64,000 bases of DNA from Podarcis muralis (Eukaryota). Shown here in pieces: positions 47,579 through 59,061 of this stretch. The translations under genes and the position numbers were made by a program. Each line of letters opens with the position of its first letter. The stretch's first letter is position 1. Under the pieces are notes generated by a model. It did not search any database. It had not been told where the DNA came from and saw nothing but the letters and a program-made list of their open reading frames with translations. The DNA lies in NCBI RefSeq assembly GCF_964188315.1, contig NC_135667.1, positions 24,614,001 to 24,678,000 of the forward strand, written 5' to 3'.

Positions 47579-49719
47579 CACTAGAGTCTCAAGTCTCTGT
47601 AGCCAGGGGTGCTTATGCCTGGTTCTCTAGCTATGACCATTATTGAGCCATGATAGCATAGCCTCAGTTGTCCATGCTTTAATGACTTCCTATGTAAGTT
47701 ATTTAAAATGTACTCTGCATGTGGCTGCTCTTGAAGATGGTCCAGGGGCTACAGCTAGTGCTGCTAAGCTGCTAAGTTGGTAAGTGCAGCAGTCTGATTG
47801 GACCATGTGTCCAAATGTGTTTTGGCTTTAACAACCCTCTGCACTGGGGTATGTATAATGTAAAAGCAGCGCTTTTACATGTTTCAGTATGTGTTTCAAC
47901 AGCCGTCCTTTATTATAATATGATTATATATCTCCAAGTCTGCAGCAGCATGCGTGAGCCCAGTTACAACACAATATCAAGCCTAGTTTTCCCCAATAGC
48001 TCCTCTGGCATAAGTTACAATGCTTCCTATTAGGATTGCTCTGCCTATGCTCTGTAAAAGACCATTCCATTTCTATTAACAGAATGCTCTAATTAAACTA
48101 GCAGTACAAAAACAAAATGCTTCACTTGAGCCCAGGATAACCATTTTAAGTTTTCTAATTTCAGTGAGTTCAGCGTTAACATAAATAGCTATAGTTTTTC
48201 CCAAAATAGTTTTTCTGACTATAGTAGTTCCTAACTGAATGGATCTTGCCCTAATAGTTAAACTCAAAGTGTACTGAAAGTTGTGCAGAATGCGCTACAG
48301 CCCTAGCCCCACCAATTTCACATGGGTTCGCACCCCTTATTCTGCAAAGAGGCTTTCCATAGGTTACAAACTGCTGCCTGAATTTCCTTAAGGCAAATTA
48401 TGTTAGGATTCAAATAAGAGTTTTTAGTGGCTACAAACTCACCAAGTCAGAACCACAAAGGCATACCATAATTAAGCTCCAATCAATTATAACCATTATA
48501 AGAATTTCCTTACTGCTTTTCCAAGATATCTGAATGTTTCAATTTCATTTCATTTTACAGTGCAGTCCAAACCCAGGCTTTAACCGAAATGATGTAATTT
48601 GGATTTGGTAGATCTCGGGCATTCCCATCTGAGCTGGGGCTATGCCAGCATATGTTCTTTACCCCACCTGAGCTAGAAGTATACTGGCATAAGTCCCTCA
48701 ACCTCAGCTCCAAAAGGCAGATTTCCGTGAACCATGAAGCTGCCCACAGAAAACTACACTAGCAATTCCTAAATTTTCATTATATAAATAACTCACCATT
48801 TTCTTTCTAGACAATGCAATCATCAGATGCAGCTTCTTCATTTGCTGCTTCCAAGTGATGTGTATCTGTCTAGCTATCCGGGATGTTTTGAAGTTCTTCA
48901 GCTCTTCTTTGTTTTGAGACTCATGAAGATCTTTTTAAATGGATGATACAAATTTGTCACCCTGAGGCAGAGTTTTGTTAATCAGTTTATGTGAACCTTG
49001 AGCCTTGGTCCCAAGAGCCCCAAATAATTCCCCCAGATAAGCACACAGATAAAAGTTAACTTACTTGCACTGGGCACTATTTCAAAGTTATCTACTCCTC
49101 ACAATGTCTCTTTCTGTACTACAATAAAGATGTGAAGGCTCATTGGTAACTAGCGTAAGGATGGCCCTCTATTTGAATAGTTGTCAGAGGGCAGTGCTTT
49201 TATGTTCTCTATTTGATATATACTTATAATTACTGGGTGCCAAGATCCAGGTTTGGGGCAAGTATACACTTCAGTGAAAGAATCCCGGCAGAGATTTAAA
49301 GTCACAAAATATGCAGGAAAGTAAAGTATAGAAATATAGGCTGCTTGACCTTTAAAATATACCCTTCAAAGTGAGTTCCAAAGTTTCATTTTCTCTCAGC
49401 ATAGGAAAATACCACATTTTTGTAAGTTAAAAATTGGTTTCCATGTAAACTTTTCAAAGGTCAGGTTCACATGTTTTTCCATACATCAGTCAAAAAAGTT
49501 GCACACGCAGTAAAATCAGGCTTAGTTGCAAAGTGGTGAAAGTTATTGGTACAGAAACTCAATAGTTTATAGGAACTCAATAGAGGCTTGTTAGAGCCAT
49601 GTGACTAAGCCATGTGATGCACCCATCACCCTATTTGCCTCTCTTCCTACACTGAGGGAAAGTTCCGTGCCTCTAATGTAATGTATAGTTTCAGTTGTAG
49701 ATAAATATAAAACGTTATT

Positions 49720-50842
49720 TTTTTATTTTTGCATTTTTGCATTTTAAAATTTCATTGGTTTCCAACTAGTTATACATTTTGTCCATATTACAACAAATCT
49801 TATCCGTTTTGGACTTCCTTCAACGTCACTGACAAACATTCGTAGTCATATCTTTAGTACACATTCCATTTTCTCATATTGCCATTTGTTTCCCCATTCA
49901 TATATTATTTCAAATAAACAATACTTATTGAATCTTTACAGTGCCTCTTTGAATCCCACTAGCGTTGTATTTACAGCACAGTTGTTTTCCAGATAACCCA
50001 CAAATTTCTTCCAATCCTCAATAAACTTTTGATCTTTAGTATATCTGATTTTCCCGGTTAGTTTATCCAATTCCGCATATTCTATCAGCTTTGCTCTCCA
50101 CTCTTGTACCGTTGGGACTTCTTCCTGCTTCCACTTCTGAGCTAACACTATTCTGGCTGCCGTTACTGCGTACTGGAAAAGTTTACAGTCCTTTTTCCTG
50201 ATATCCTTTCCTACAATGCCTAGTAAAAAGGCTTCTGGTCTTTTCACAAAGGTGTATCTTAACATTTTTTTCATTTCATTGTAGACCTCTTCCCAAAAAC
50301 CTTTTACTTTCTTACATTCCCACCACTGATGGTACAGTGTCCCTTCTTTATATTTACATTTCCAGCATTTGTTGTCTACCTTGTACATCTTTGCCAATTT
50401 TACAGGTGACATGTACCACCTGTAAAGCATTTTCATCATATTTTCTTTCAATAACGTACATGCCGTAAATTTTATGTTCACTCTCCACAACTTTTCCCAA
50501 TCCTCAAACTGAATATTGTATCCAAAATCCCTTGCCCACTGTACCATCACCGATTTCACTTCCTCGTCCTTTGTATTCCACTCCAACAGTATTTTATACA
50601 TATTTGACAGATTTTTACATTCATTATTTATGATATCTTTTTGGAAAACTGATTCTTTTTCTTCATAACCCCTTTCCTTCACCTCTTTTTTAAACATTTC
50701 GTTTATTTGGAAGTAGTGCAGCCAATCATATGTAAACATTTTGACCTGATCGTACGGTTTAACTTTCCACTTCCCACCTTCATTGGTAACCATCTCTCCA
50801 TACTTTCCCCACCTTTCTCTCATATTGGTTTTCTTTACACCC
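49720..50842 (-). mobile_element. 5'-truncated L1/Tx1-type LINE (ORF2 C-terminus, zf-RVT)
   Basis: About 300 open codons (YRWYMSPVKL...CWKCKYKEGTLYHQWWEC); 16-bp TSD AATATAAAACGTTATT at 49704-49719 and 50843-50858. Confidence 0.93.
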
Positions 50843-51743
50843 AATATAAAACGTTATTAAACCCATTTAGAGAATAGGTTGTCAATGGTAGAAATCCAAA
50901 TGAATTTCTCCCCAAATTGTCTATGGGGGGTATTACTTGAAATACTTAGGTAGGCAATAAATGAAACACCAATTTAATAATTAAAGGCATTTATTTGCTA
51001 AACAAGAACAAAACGAAGCAAAGTATATAAATTCAGATAGCTTTGAGTTACTGGGAAATTTCCTCCAGAGCAGCAGCACATCATTTTACTCCTTCGGTCA
51101 AAGGCTGGCATTGGTATCTCTTTAAGCAGGGGCACTACTGGTCCTAATATACTATCTGAGTGTGAGAATATGGAAGGCAGCCACATTCTTGTGGTCAACC
51201 AGGGAAAGGACCAATGACTTACATCAAAAGGTTGGCAAGCTGTCATCTCCACTGTCAGTCTAATATGCACTTATCGCTATCATGTCCATGATCTTGCTAA
51301 CCCATAAATCAATGACAAATCTTGGCAATCAGCCCAGATTGACCCCATGTACTGATAAGATACACCACCACAATCATGCCAGTTATCTCTATAGTCCAAA
51401 AATAAGCTCGCATTCCATTATATGACGTCTACCACATATAGTTAATTCCTCAAAACATGCAGCTTAAAATGTCAAAAAATTGCAGTGGCTGTCCATTAGC
51501 TAAGCAGGTTCAAGTTTTATACATGTCCTACATAAGACCCCAGAGGTGTAATATGTTCAAATGCCACTTTTTCCACATGATCACAACATGCCTTGAATAT
51601 TTTACAATACACCTACATCACCCTTTTGTTTTGATCATCAATGGGGCAGTGAGAACTGTCATGAGTTACTTGGACTTGCCTGTGTACTAAGAATGCCAGA
51701 GGAAGCTGTTCTTCATATTTCATCTTTAGAGGGAAAACACCAT

Positions 51744-51789
<46 letters not shown>

Positions 51790-51879
51790 AGAATTTCAAT
51801 TAAAAAGAAATAAAGTGATACAGAGAAAAAAGGGGGAAGTGATGGGGAGAAGAACAAAGATATGTATAAGAAAAATACA

Positions 51880-52135
51880 CAGAGGTACCTTGGTTTAAGA
51901 ACAATTTAGTTTATGAACAACTTGGATTAAGAATGCGGCAAACCCGGAAGTACATAGGTATTTTGGTTTCTGAACTTTGCCTTGGAAGCAGAACATGTTC
52001 CGCTTCCTGCTGAGTGTGTTCCATTTGTAAATCGAGTCCCCCGCTGCTATGGGAAAGCACGCCTTGGTTTAAGAAAGCTTTGGTTTAAGAACAGACTTCT
52101 GGAACAGATTAAGTTCATAAACCAAGATACCAGTG
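51880..52135. mobile_element. Tc1/pogo MITE (degenerate)
   Basis: CAGAGGTACCTTGGTTTA...TAAACCAAGATACCAGTG. Confidence 0.75.
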
Positions 52136-52716
52136 CATATAGAAAAATGCAATGTACTTTACTCCCATACATTCTTATATAAATAACCTCCTACATTCTG
52201 TATAAATTCATTCCAAATATCGTCATATTTATCCAAAAAAAGTCTAAGTCTGTAAACAGTCCATTCACTGTTTTGAATTTTGTTATATTGTTGATCCATT
52301 GATTAAAGGGTATCATATATTTATTCTTCCAATTCATGTATGATGTATGATTTCTGTGATGGTGACCCAAGTATGGAATCACTTCCAAAAATGGGTACTC
52401 TTAGCACCAACATAAAATTCTTTTTTTTTTTTTTTACAGAAGGTTAAAGCTTTATTGCTTTCCCAGGCATTTTTGATTATGATATTTCTAACCAGGTTGA
52501 ATGTCTTTATTCCTCTTCATTTCATTGTATTGTTGATCTGTTATTTCTCAATGTATTTGTCATTTTACATTTATCTCAATACCCTCCTAAATTACTGATT
52601 TATTTTTAATGGAAGGGATGGATAAAATATAATTGCATTTTTTTAAAAAAAACAACCCACAAAACATGGTGCACCATTGCTTTGATAAAGGCTAAGACGT
52701 GTGGGTACACACACAG

Positions 52717-53685
52717 TTAAAGAAGAAAACTGGATGATGTGTTTTGGCTAAAACCTAATAGCTTTGACAAGGCAGCCTTGATCTCCTTGTTTCTCATACT
52801 ATAAATCACTGGATTCAACATGGGTGGAACCATAGAATACACCACAGTAAATACCAGATCCTGATCAGAAGGGGTGTTAGATGTAGGCCTCAGGTAGGCA
52901 AAGAATCCAGTAAATAATAATGTGGAGATAACAATGAGGTGAGGAATGCAAGTTGAGTAAGCCTTTTGCCTTCCCTGCACAGAGGGAATTCTCAACACTG
53001 CATAGAAAATCTGCACATAAGTTACTATGATGAAGGTAAAACAGCTTAGCCCTATGATAATACTCAACATAACAGCTCCAATTTCAATTAGGTATAAATC
53101 TGAGCACGCAAGCCTCAGTAACTGTGGAATTTCACAGAAGAACTGATTGACAACATTGGAGCAAAATGGGGTTGCAAAGGTGCAGCTGGTGTGTAGTACT
53201 GCATGGAGAAGACCACTAGTCCATACACATGCCAGCATTTGTATGCAGGCTTGCTTGTTCATCACCATCTCATAGTGCAATGGATTGCAGATGGCAACAT
53301 ACCGATCATAAGCCATGAGTGTAAGAAGGGAGAAATCAGATGATAAAAAAAAGAAAAAGAAGAGTACTTGAGCAACACATCCAGAATAAGAAATGTGTCT
53401 AGTATTTAAGATAGAATTGGCTATGGATTTGGGGATAATAACTGAAATAGAACCAATGTCCTGCATGGCCAAGTTCATCAGAAAGAAGTACATGGGAGTG
53501 TGAAGGCGATGGTCAATAGCTATTGTGCAAATGATGAGAAGATTCCCTGATATAATTGCCATGTACAACACCAAGAAACCAATAAAGTGTAGAATCTGCA
53601 GTTCCCGAATCTCAGAAAATTCCAGGAGAAGAAATTCAGTCACTGAGGTGGTATTCCATTGTTTGCCCTCAACAGTCTGTTGCAT
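52717..53685 (-). CDS. OR-8: olfactory receptor, OR14-like, intact
   Basis: First ATG at 53685, 5 nt after the acceptor ttcttctgcag; MAYDRYVAICNPLHYE, KAYSTCIPHL and PPMLNPVIYSMRN motifs. Confidence 0.97.
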   Translation of the reverse strand: MQQTVEGKQWNTTSVTEFLLLEFSEIRELQILHFIGFLVLYMAIISGNLLIICTIAIDHRLHTPMYFFLMNLAMQDIGSISVIIPKSIANSILNTRHISYSGCVAQVLFFFFFLSSDFSLLTLMAYDRYVAICNPLHYEMVMNKQACIQMLACVWTSGLLHAVLHTSCTFATPFCSNVVNQFFCEIPQLLRLACSDLYLIEIGAVMLSIIIGLSCFTFIIVTYVQIFYAVLRIPSVQGRQKAYSTCIPHLIVISTLLFTGFFAYLRPTSNTPSDQDLVFTVVYSMVPPMLNPVIYSMRNKEIKAALSKLLGFSQNTSSSFLL

Positions 53686-53813
53686 AATTTCTGCAGAAGA
53701 AAACACAGTGGAAATTACAACACTTATGATCTACTCTGCTAACAATGTCAGTTTCAGTTTCCATAATTCAAATTATGATGATTTTGCTTCCAGCCTTCTC
53801 ACTCTGTTTTGTT

Positions 53814-53950
53814 NNNNNNNNNNNNNNNNNNNNNNNNNNNNNNNNNNNNNNNNNNNNNNNNNNNNNNNNNNNNNNNNNNNNNNNNNNNNNNNNNNNNNNN
53901 NNNNNNNNNNNNNNNNNNNNNNNNNNNNNNNNNNNNNNNNNNNNNNNNNN
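53814..53950. other. Assembly gap (137 N)
   Basis: Run of N. Confidence 1.
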
Positions 53951-54375
53951 CCAGGGCCAGGGCCTTTTCAACACTGAACCAGGGCCTGGTTGAATGCTCT
54001 GTCTCATGAGACCAGGGCCCTGTGGGATCTGATTTCTTTCCGCAGGGCCTGTAAGACAGAGTTGTTCTGCCTGGCCTTTGGCTTGGAACCAGCCTGATCC
54101 CCCCACTTCCTTTTCCTTCTGTGATATAACCCCTATTTGGGGACTTCCCTGGCTTTTCTGGCCCACATAGAACCAGTCTGGATAGTTGGCCTTCATGAAG
54201 ATTTGACATTTTCTCCCCCCAAACAGTTTTTGATCTGGGCTTCCACTGAAATGAGGCTGCATTTTAAGTAGTATTTTAATCTTGTTTTTAAGTTGTATTT
54301 TAATCAATTGTTTTTATACCTGATGTTAGCTGCCCTGAGCCCAGTCTTGCCGGGGAGGGCAGGGTATAAATAAAA
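53951..54375 (+). mobile_element. L2 LINE 3' end (5' part lost in the gap)
   Basis: RAFS...NALSHETRALWDLISFRRACKTELFCLAF; ends agctgccctgagccc...gggagggcagggtataaat. Confidence 0.85.
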
Positions 54376-54413
54376 TTAAAGAAAGACAGAAAGACAAAAA
54401 GAAATAATAATAA

Positions 54414-54463
<50 letters not shown>

Positions 54464-54469
54464 TGTTGA

Positions 54470-54625
54470 GCTACCAAGGTCAAGACTGGTGACTGCCTAA
54501 GCCAATACATTCTGTATTCAATAAAGTTGTGGCCTAAATTTGCCCATTAACACTTAAACTAAAATATTTGTGTCAATGTGTCTTTATTATTATTATTTGG
54601 GGGGGGGGCTATTCCGGGGCCTTGA
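54470..54625 (+). mobile_element. Ngaro B-like remnant
   Basis: tgcctaagccaatac...caataaagttgtggcc...ttgcccattaac matches the reverse complement of B1/B2. Confidence 0.65.
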
Positions 54626-55724
54626 TGAGCAAGCAGTAAATGCATCAGGGAAAGAAAATTGAATCAAATTGTTCATCCTTACTTTTATAATAAGAATATG
54701 TATCATCATATGTCCAATCTACGAAATGAGAGCTGGACAATAATTCTTCATCTAGCAACAGCTTTGGGCAAGAAAGCTCTGAGGTTTTCCATCCAAAAGT
54801 GATTCCATTTACTTCAGTGGAGGAACTAATCAACTTATCCAAGTGTAAAAAATGCTCATTGTCTTCATTCTCAGAATATGCTTGTTGGGGGAAATCCACT
54901 GAATCAAAATGAATAGAGTATATGTATACTGTAAAGCACTGATGGGTGCAAAACAACAGAAATAGTAATAAAATTGATTGTGGAATGCCTTCCCTTCTCA
55001 TGTTGGGCTTTAGACTGCAGTCAAAAATGTGTTTTTGTGCCTAGACTTCTGATAATCCTGTGATTGGATCCATTTGTTTTGTTGATGATAATGTTTTAAT
55101 ATATTACTTGTTTTATATTGTTTGTTATTATGTTTATTATATTGTACCCAACTATAGATTTATTCTTATTGAAGTGTGGGTTATGAAATATTTAAATAAA
55201 ATAAAGCTGGTTTTATTTGCACCCATTGTACCCATCATACACTATCACTAACCTTAGTGTCATTACAGTAAAGTAAAACTCAAGAACTTGGAAAACTTGA
55301 AACATTGTTAGATAAGTTCTTTTCCCTTTCTGACAGGTGTTTCCAGATGAACTGGGAAAGAAAACAGCAAACAGCCTTAACTGAAACATTTCTGCAACAT
55401 AGATCTCTTTATTCTAAGCCCTCTGAAAATATCCCAGCATCTAGACAGACAGCTGAGATACACTGAAAAGCTAAGACGCATTCCAGTCTACAGCAGTATC
55501 ATTAGTGACACAAAGAGGGATGAAACAAAAAAGCACTTGAGAAAGAAAAAAGAGAAGATATTTAAAGGAGGTGATTGGTGTGCAGAAGGGTTGTACTGTT
55601 TCACATGGCATATCGACATGTTCAAAGAGCTCTTCATCCAGGAAGCAACCCCTATATGCACAACATTCACATAGCAGCAATAACGTATCACCTTGAAAGA
55701 AGTTGTGCTAGTATACAAAGTACT

Positions 55725-55900
55725 GGGAAGGAGCTGTCACTTCTTAGTAGGAGAACAAAGGGACATCAGTTCAGACCATTGGTGCATCTAGCTCAATGTC
55801 ATCCACATTGATTGGCAGTGTCTCTGCAGGATTTCAGATAGAACTCCTTGTTAGCATTACCTGCAGATGCCAGAAATTTAACCAGGATTCTTCTGCATGA
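55725..55900 (-). mobile_element. tRNA-derived SINE, degenerate
   Basis: Minus strand catgcagaaga.tcc.tggtt.aat..ctggcatct.caggta..gct...gagctagatg.accaatggtctga. Related copies at ~60520-60680 (-) and ~62985-63095 (+). Confidence 0.55.
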
Positions 55901-56203
55901 TCTTCAATCCCAGAGATCTCTATTTAAATGTTCAAGTAACAGATGATGGTTAAGGTGTCTGCTGAAAGTCAAGACCCTAAGAAGATGCTGATACTCAGAG
56001 TAGGCAAAATTGGACTGGATGGAATGACTTAAAGTAAGGCAGCTTCATTTGTCCACTGCACACACAAAAACCAACACTGATTAAAGAACCATTTAGATGT
56101 GAGGCTGGCCCACATGGAACACATTAACAACCTTCTAAAGCCTTTGCATGCTTAGGATTGTGTTTAAATTGGCTCCTGTGCAGAGAAGAAGAAGAAGAAG
56201 AAG

Positions 56204-56235
<32 letters not shown>

Positions 56236-56626
56236 GAAGAAGAAATAATAATAAACTAGGGGTTTGGGGAGGAGGAATACACATCATACGTAATGCTAGT
56301 AGCATGAACAACACTCACTGTGTACATCATTAATAATACATGGTAATACCCACGCAGAAGCATCAAATATGGTGCTCATTTTTAGACTGTCTGCATAGTT
56401 GGAGTGATCCATGTTATAAGTAACTTGCAGGCATTGTGACAAATGCTCAAAGCCTCCCTGTCACAAGAAAACCTCTATCTCTAAAGTTATATCTATAAAT
56501 AACTTACAATTCTTTTTCTTTGCGGATTTCTTCTAGCTTCAGATGCAGAATCTTCTCTCAGATTTTAGAGCACTGTGCCACTAACCAGGCATGACAACAA
56601 ACAATTCTTTCTATGGTGACAGTAAC

Positions 56627-56710
56627 TAATTTATACATGTTTTGTATTGCTGGAGACATATTCTCAAGAGTTCAGTTGAACAGCTCTAGAGACATGTAGT
56701 GGAAAAAATA
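56627..56710 (-). promoter_or_regulatory. Putative core promoter of OR-8
   Basis: Minus strand ctgaactcttgagaatatgtctccagcaatacaaaacatgtataaatt; donor-like GTAAGTT at ~56501-56507. Confidence 0.55.
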
Positions 56711-57272
56711 ACTTTGTGGTCTGTGGTTCTGCCTATATGATTTACAGAGATTGGTTCTATGTAGGGGCATTAGAATGACAGAACTTGTGACTGGTTGTCC
56801 CCCCACATATATGATGACAATTTTACATGTTTTAATATGCAATGTAGGAACATGTTCGATGACATGATGCATAGAAGTCTGAGCATTGCAGTGTTTCTCC
56901 CTTGAAACACTGAGCGTTTGTAGCTCAGTACGCAGTAGCATCTTTCTAGAGGTGATGTTGCTCTTAGTGGAATGGGGTAATGTGGTACCAGTGAGAATGG
57001 GGAAGCTTGGACTAAGCACTAACACTGCATCCTTTTTTGGGGGAGGGGGAGCAAGGTTAACCCATTTTTAGATTGGGGTATTTTTAAACAGGTTGAATGG
57101 TTTTGTTCCTCTTAATTTTTATTTTATTGTTGGTTTGTTGTTTCATAACAACAGGAATATTGTCCGGAAGTCCATTTTGAATAAATAAAAAAAGGGGGGA
57201 CGATAAAAATGTAATAAATTTATTAGAAATCATTGTGCATCGCTATTGAGATGAAGACTTAAACACATACAG

Positions 57273-58202
57273 TTAAAAAAGACTTGATGATGTACTTTGA
57301 GTAAAACCTAATAACTTTGACATGGCAGCCTTGATCTCTTTGTTTCTCATACTGTAAATCACTGGATTCAGCATGGGTGGAACCATTGAATATACCATAG
57401 TAAATACCAAATTCAGAACAGAGGTAGACCGCAGGTAGGCAAAGAATCCGGTAAAGAATAACGTGAAGATGACAGTGAGATGGGGAATGCAAGTTGAGTA
57501 AGCCTTTTGCCTTCCCTGCACAGAGGGAATTCTCAACACTGCATAGAAAATCTGCACATAAGTTACAATGATGAAGGTAAAACAGCCTAGCCCGATGATA
57601 AAGCTCAGCATAACAGCTCCAATTTCAATTAGGTATAAATCTGAGCATGCAAGCTTCAGTAACTGTGGAATTTCACAGAAGAACTGATTGACAACATTGG
57701 AGCAAAATGGGGCTGCAAAGGTGCTGCTGGTGTGTAGCACTGCGTGGAGAAAACCACTGATCCACACACAGGCCACCGCTTGTATGTAGGCTTGCTTATT
57801 CATCACCATCTCATAGTACAATGGATTACAGATGGCAACATACCGATCATAAGCCATGAGTGTGAGAAGGAAGAAGTTGGATGATATAAAGAAGTTGAAC
57901 AAAAGGATCTGAGCTACACATCCAGAATAAGAAATTTGCCTAGTATTTAAGAGGGAATTGGCCATGGATTTGGGAACAATAACTGAAACTTGTCCAAGGT
58001 CCTGAATAGCCAAGTTCATCAAAAAGAAATACATTGGTCTGTGCAAGTGGTGATCAGAAGCTACTGCAGAAATTATGAGAAGGTTCCCCATTAAGCTTGC
58101 CAAGTACAATACTAGAAATATAATGAAGTGCAGAATCTGCAGTTCCCAAGCCTCTGAAAATTCGAGGAGCACAAAGTCAGTCACTGTGGTGGTATTGAAC
58201 AT
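57273..58202 (-). CDS. OR-9: olfactory receptor, OR14-like, intact (309 aa; 4-aa ECL3 deletion)
   Basis: Probable start MFNTTT at 58202, downstream of the acceptor ttcctcctttctttttcag; close paralog of OR-8. Confidence 0.95.
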   Translation of the reverse strand: MFNTTTVTDFVLLEFSEAWELQILHFIIFLVLYLASLMGNLLIISAVASDHHLHRPMYFFLMNLAIQDLGQVSVIVPKSMANSLLNTRQISYSGCVAQILLFNFFISSNFFLLTLMAYDRYVAICNPLYYEMVMNKQAYIQAVACVWISGFLHAVLHTSSTFAAPFCSNVVNQFFCEIPQLLKLACSDLYLIEIGAVMLSFIIGLGCFTFIIVTYVQIFYAVLRIPSVQGRQKAYSTCIPHLTVIFTLFFTGFFAYLRSTSVLNLVFTMVYSMVPPMLNPVIYSMRNKEIKAAMSKLLGFTQSTSSSLF

Positions 58203-59061
58203 TTTTGCACTTTTTAGAAGGCCTGAAAAAGAAAGGAGGAAAATTAAAACTAAATAATTATGGCCAAAGTCCTTAAAAAAAACCCCAAACATGTTCTTGT
58301 ATTCACTGAAATCTCCTTGTTCACAGAATTTCACACACGTGGGAACAGTAAAGCAATAATTGTCACCCTAGAAGACTAATACATTAGATTTGGCTGAATC
58401 CTGACCCAAATCAAGAAATTTTGATCCAGTTTGATCTTTGACCCAGTTAGGTGGATTTGTTGGGCTTACAGATTGAACAGCGGCTGCTGGGTTAGTGATG
58501 GAGGGTGCAAATCCGCTGATTGCAGGGTGCTGCTTTGTTAGCCCGTTCTCCACAAGAAATCCTCCACTCTGATGAGTATGTTTCACTCATGAGTGTGTTT
58601 AATAAAAAAATAAAAAAGGAGAAAGAGGCTGCATAGAGGCATGCCCAAGGCCATGACATGGGAACTGACATGTATGTACACACACAAGAGAAAGTCCTCC
58701 TCACCTCAGCTGGCCAAAAGCATTCTCCCAGATGCAGCAACATGCAGCTGACAGGACAGGGTTTCCCCAAAAAGAGAAAAATGCTTGATAGAATTGCCAT
58801 GTACAAATATGCAGATATGAAGAATATGCAGATCCTGAACCTGTGAGAAATTGAGGAGCAGAAGCCGCCCAGGCCCAAGCTTCCCAGGGCAAGTCCAAGC
58901 CCAAGCTGCTCCCAAGCAAAAAAAACCCAGACATTTCCATTAAAATGTAAAAATTCAACTGGGTGGCATGTTGCTCCCCAAAATGATGACATGTCCAGGT
59001 TTTTCTGGACATATGGGAATACTACATCATTATCAATTCAGGGAAAGTATCCACGCTAGAG

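Noticed and set aside
52185-52620. Possible L1 C-terminal remnant (WKNKYMIPFNQW)
   Set aside because: Too degenerate to support by eye.
54645-55001. 118-aa minus-strand ORF
   Set aside because: No recognisable domain, no paralog and no splice context.
41152-56333. Poly-Glu, poly-Arg and poly-Leu ORFs (41152-41475, 56148-56333, 15600-15806)
   Set aside because: They are translations of GAA and TTA microsatellites.
3012-58257. Short ORFs overlapping or antisense to OR CDSs (e.g. 3012-3227, 20247-20546, 45857-46093, 53525-53977)
   Set aside because: They are shadow frames of OR coding sequence and recur only because the ORs are paralogous.
58203-58334. 44-aa N-terminal extension of OR-9 in the ORF track
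   Set aside because: It starts at a non-ATG codon and runs through a pyrimidine tract + CAG acceptor, so it is most likely intronic. The GTG/TTG extensions of OR-3, -4, -6, -7 and -8 were trimmed for the same reason.
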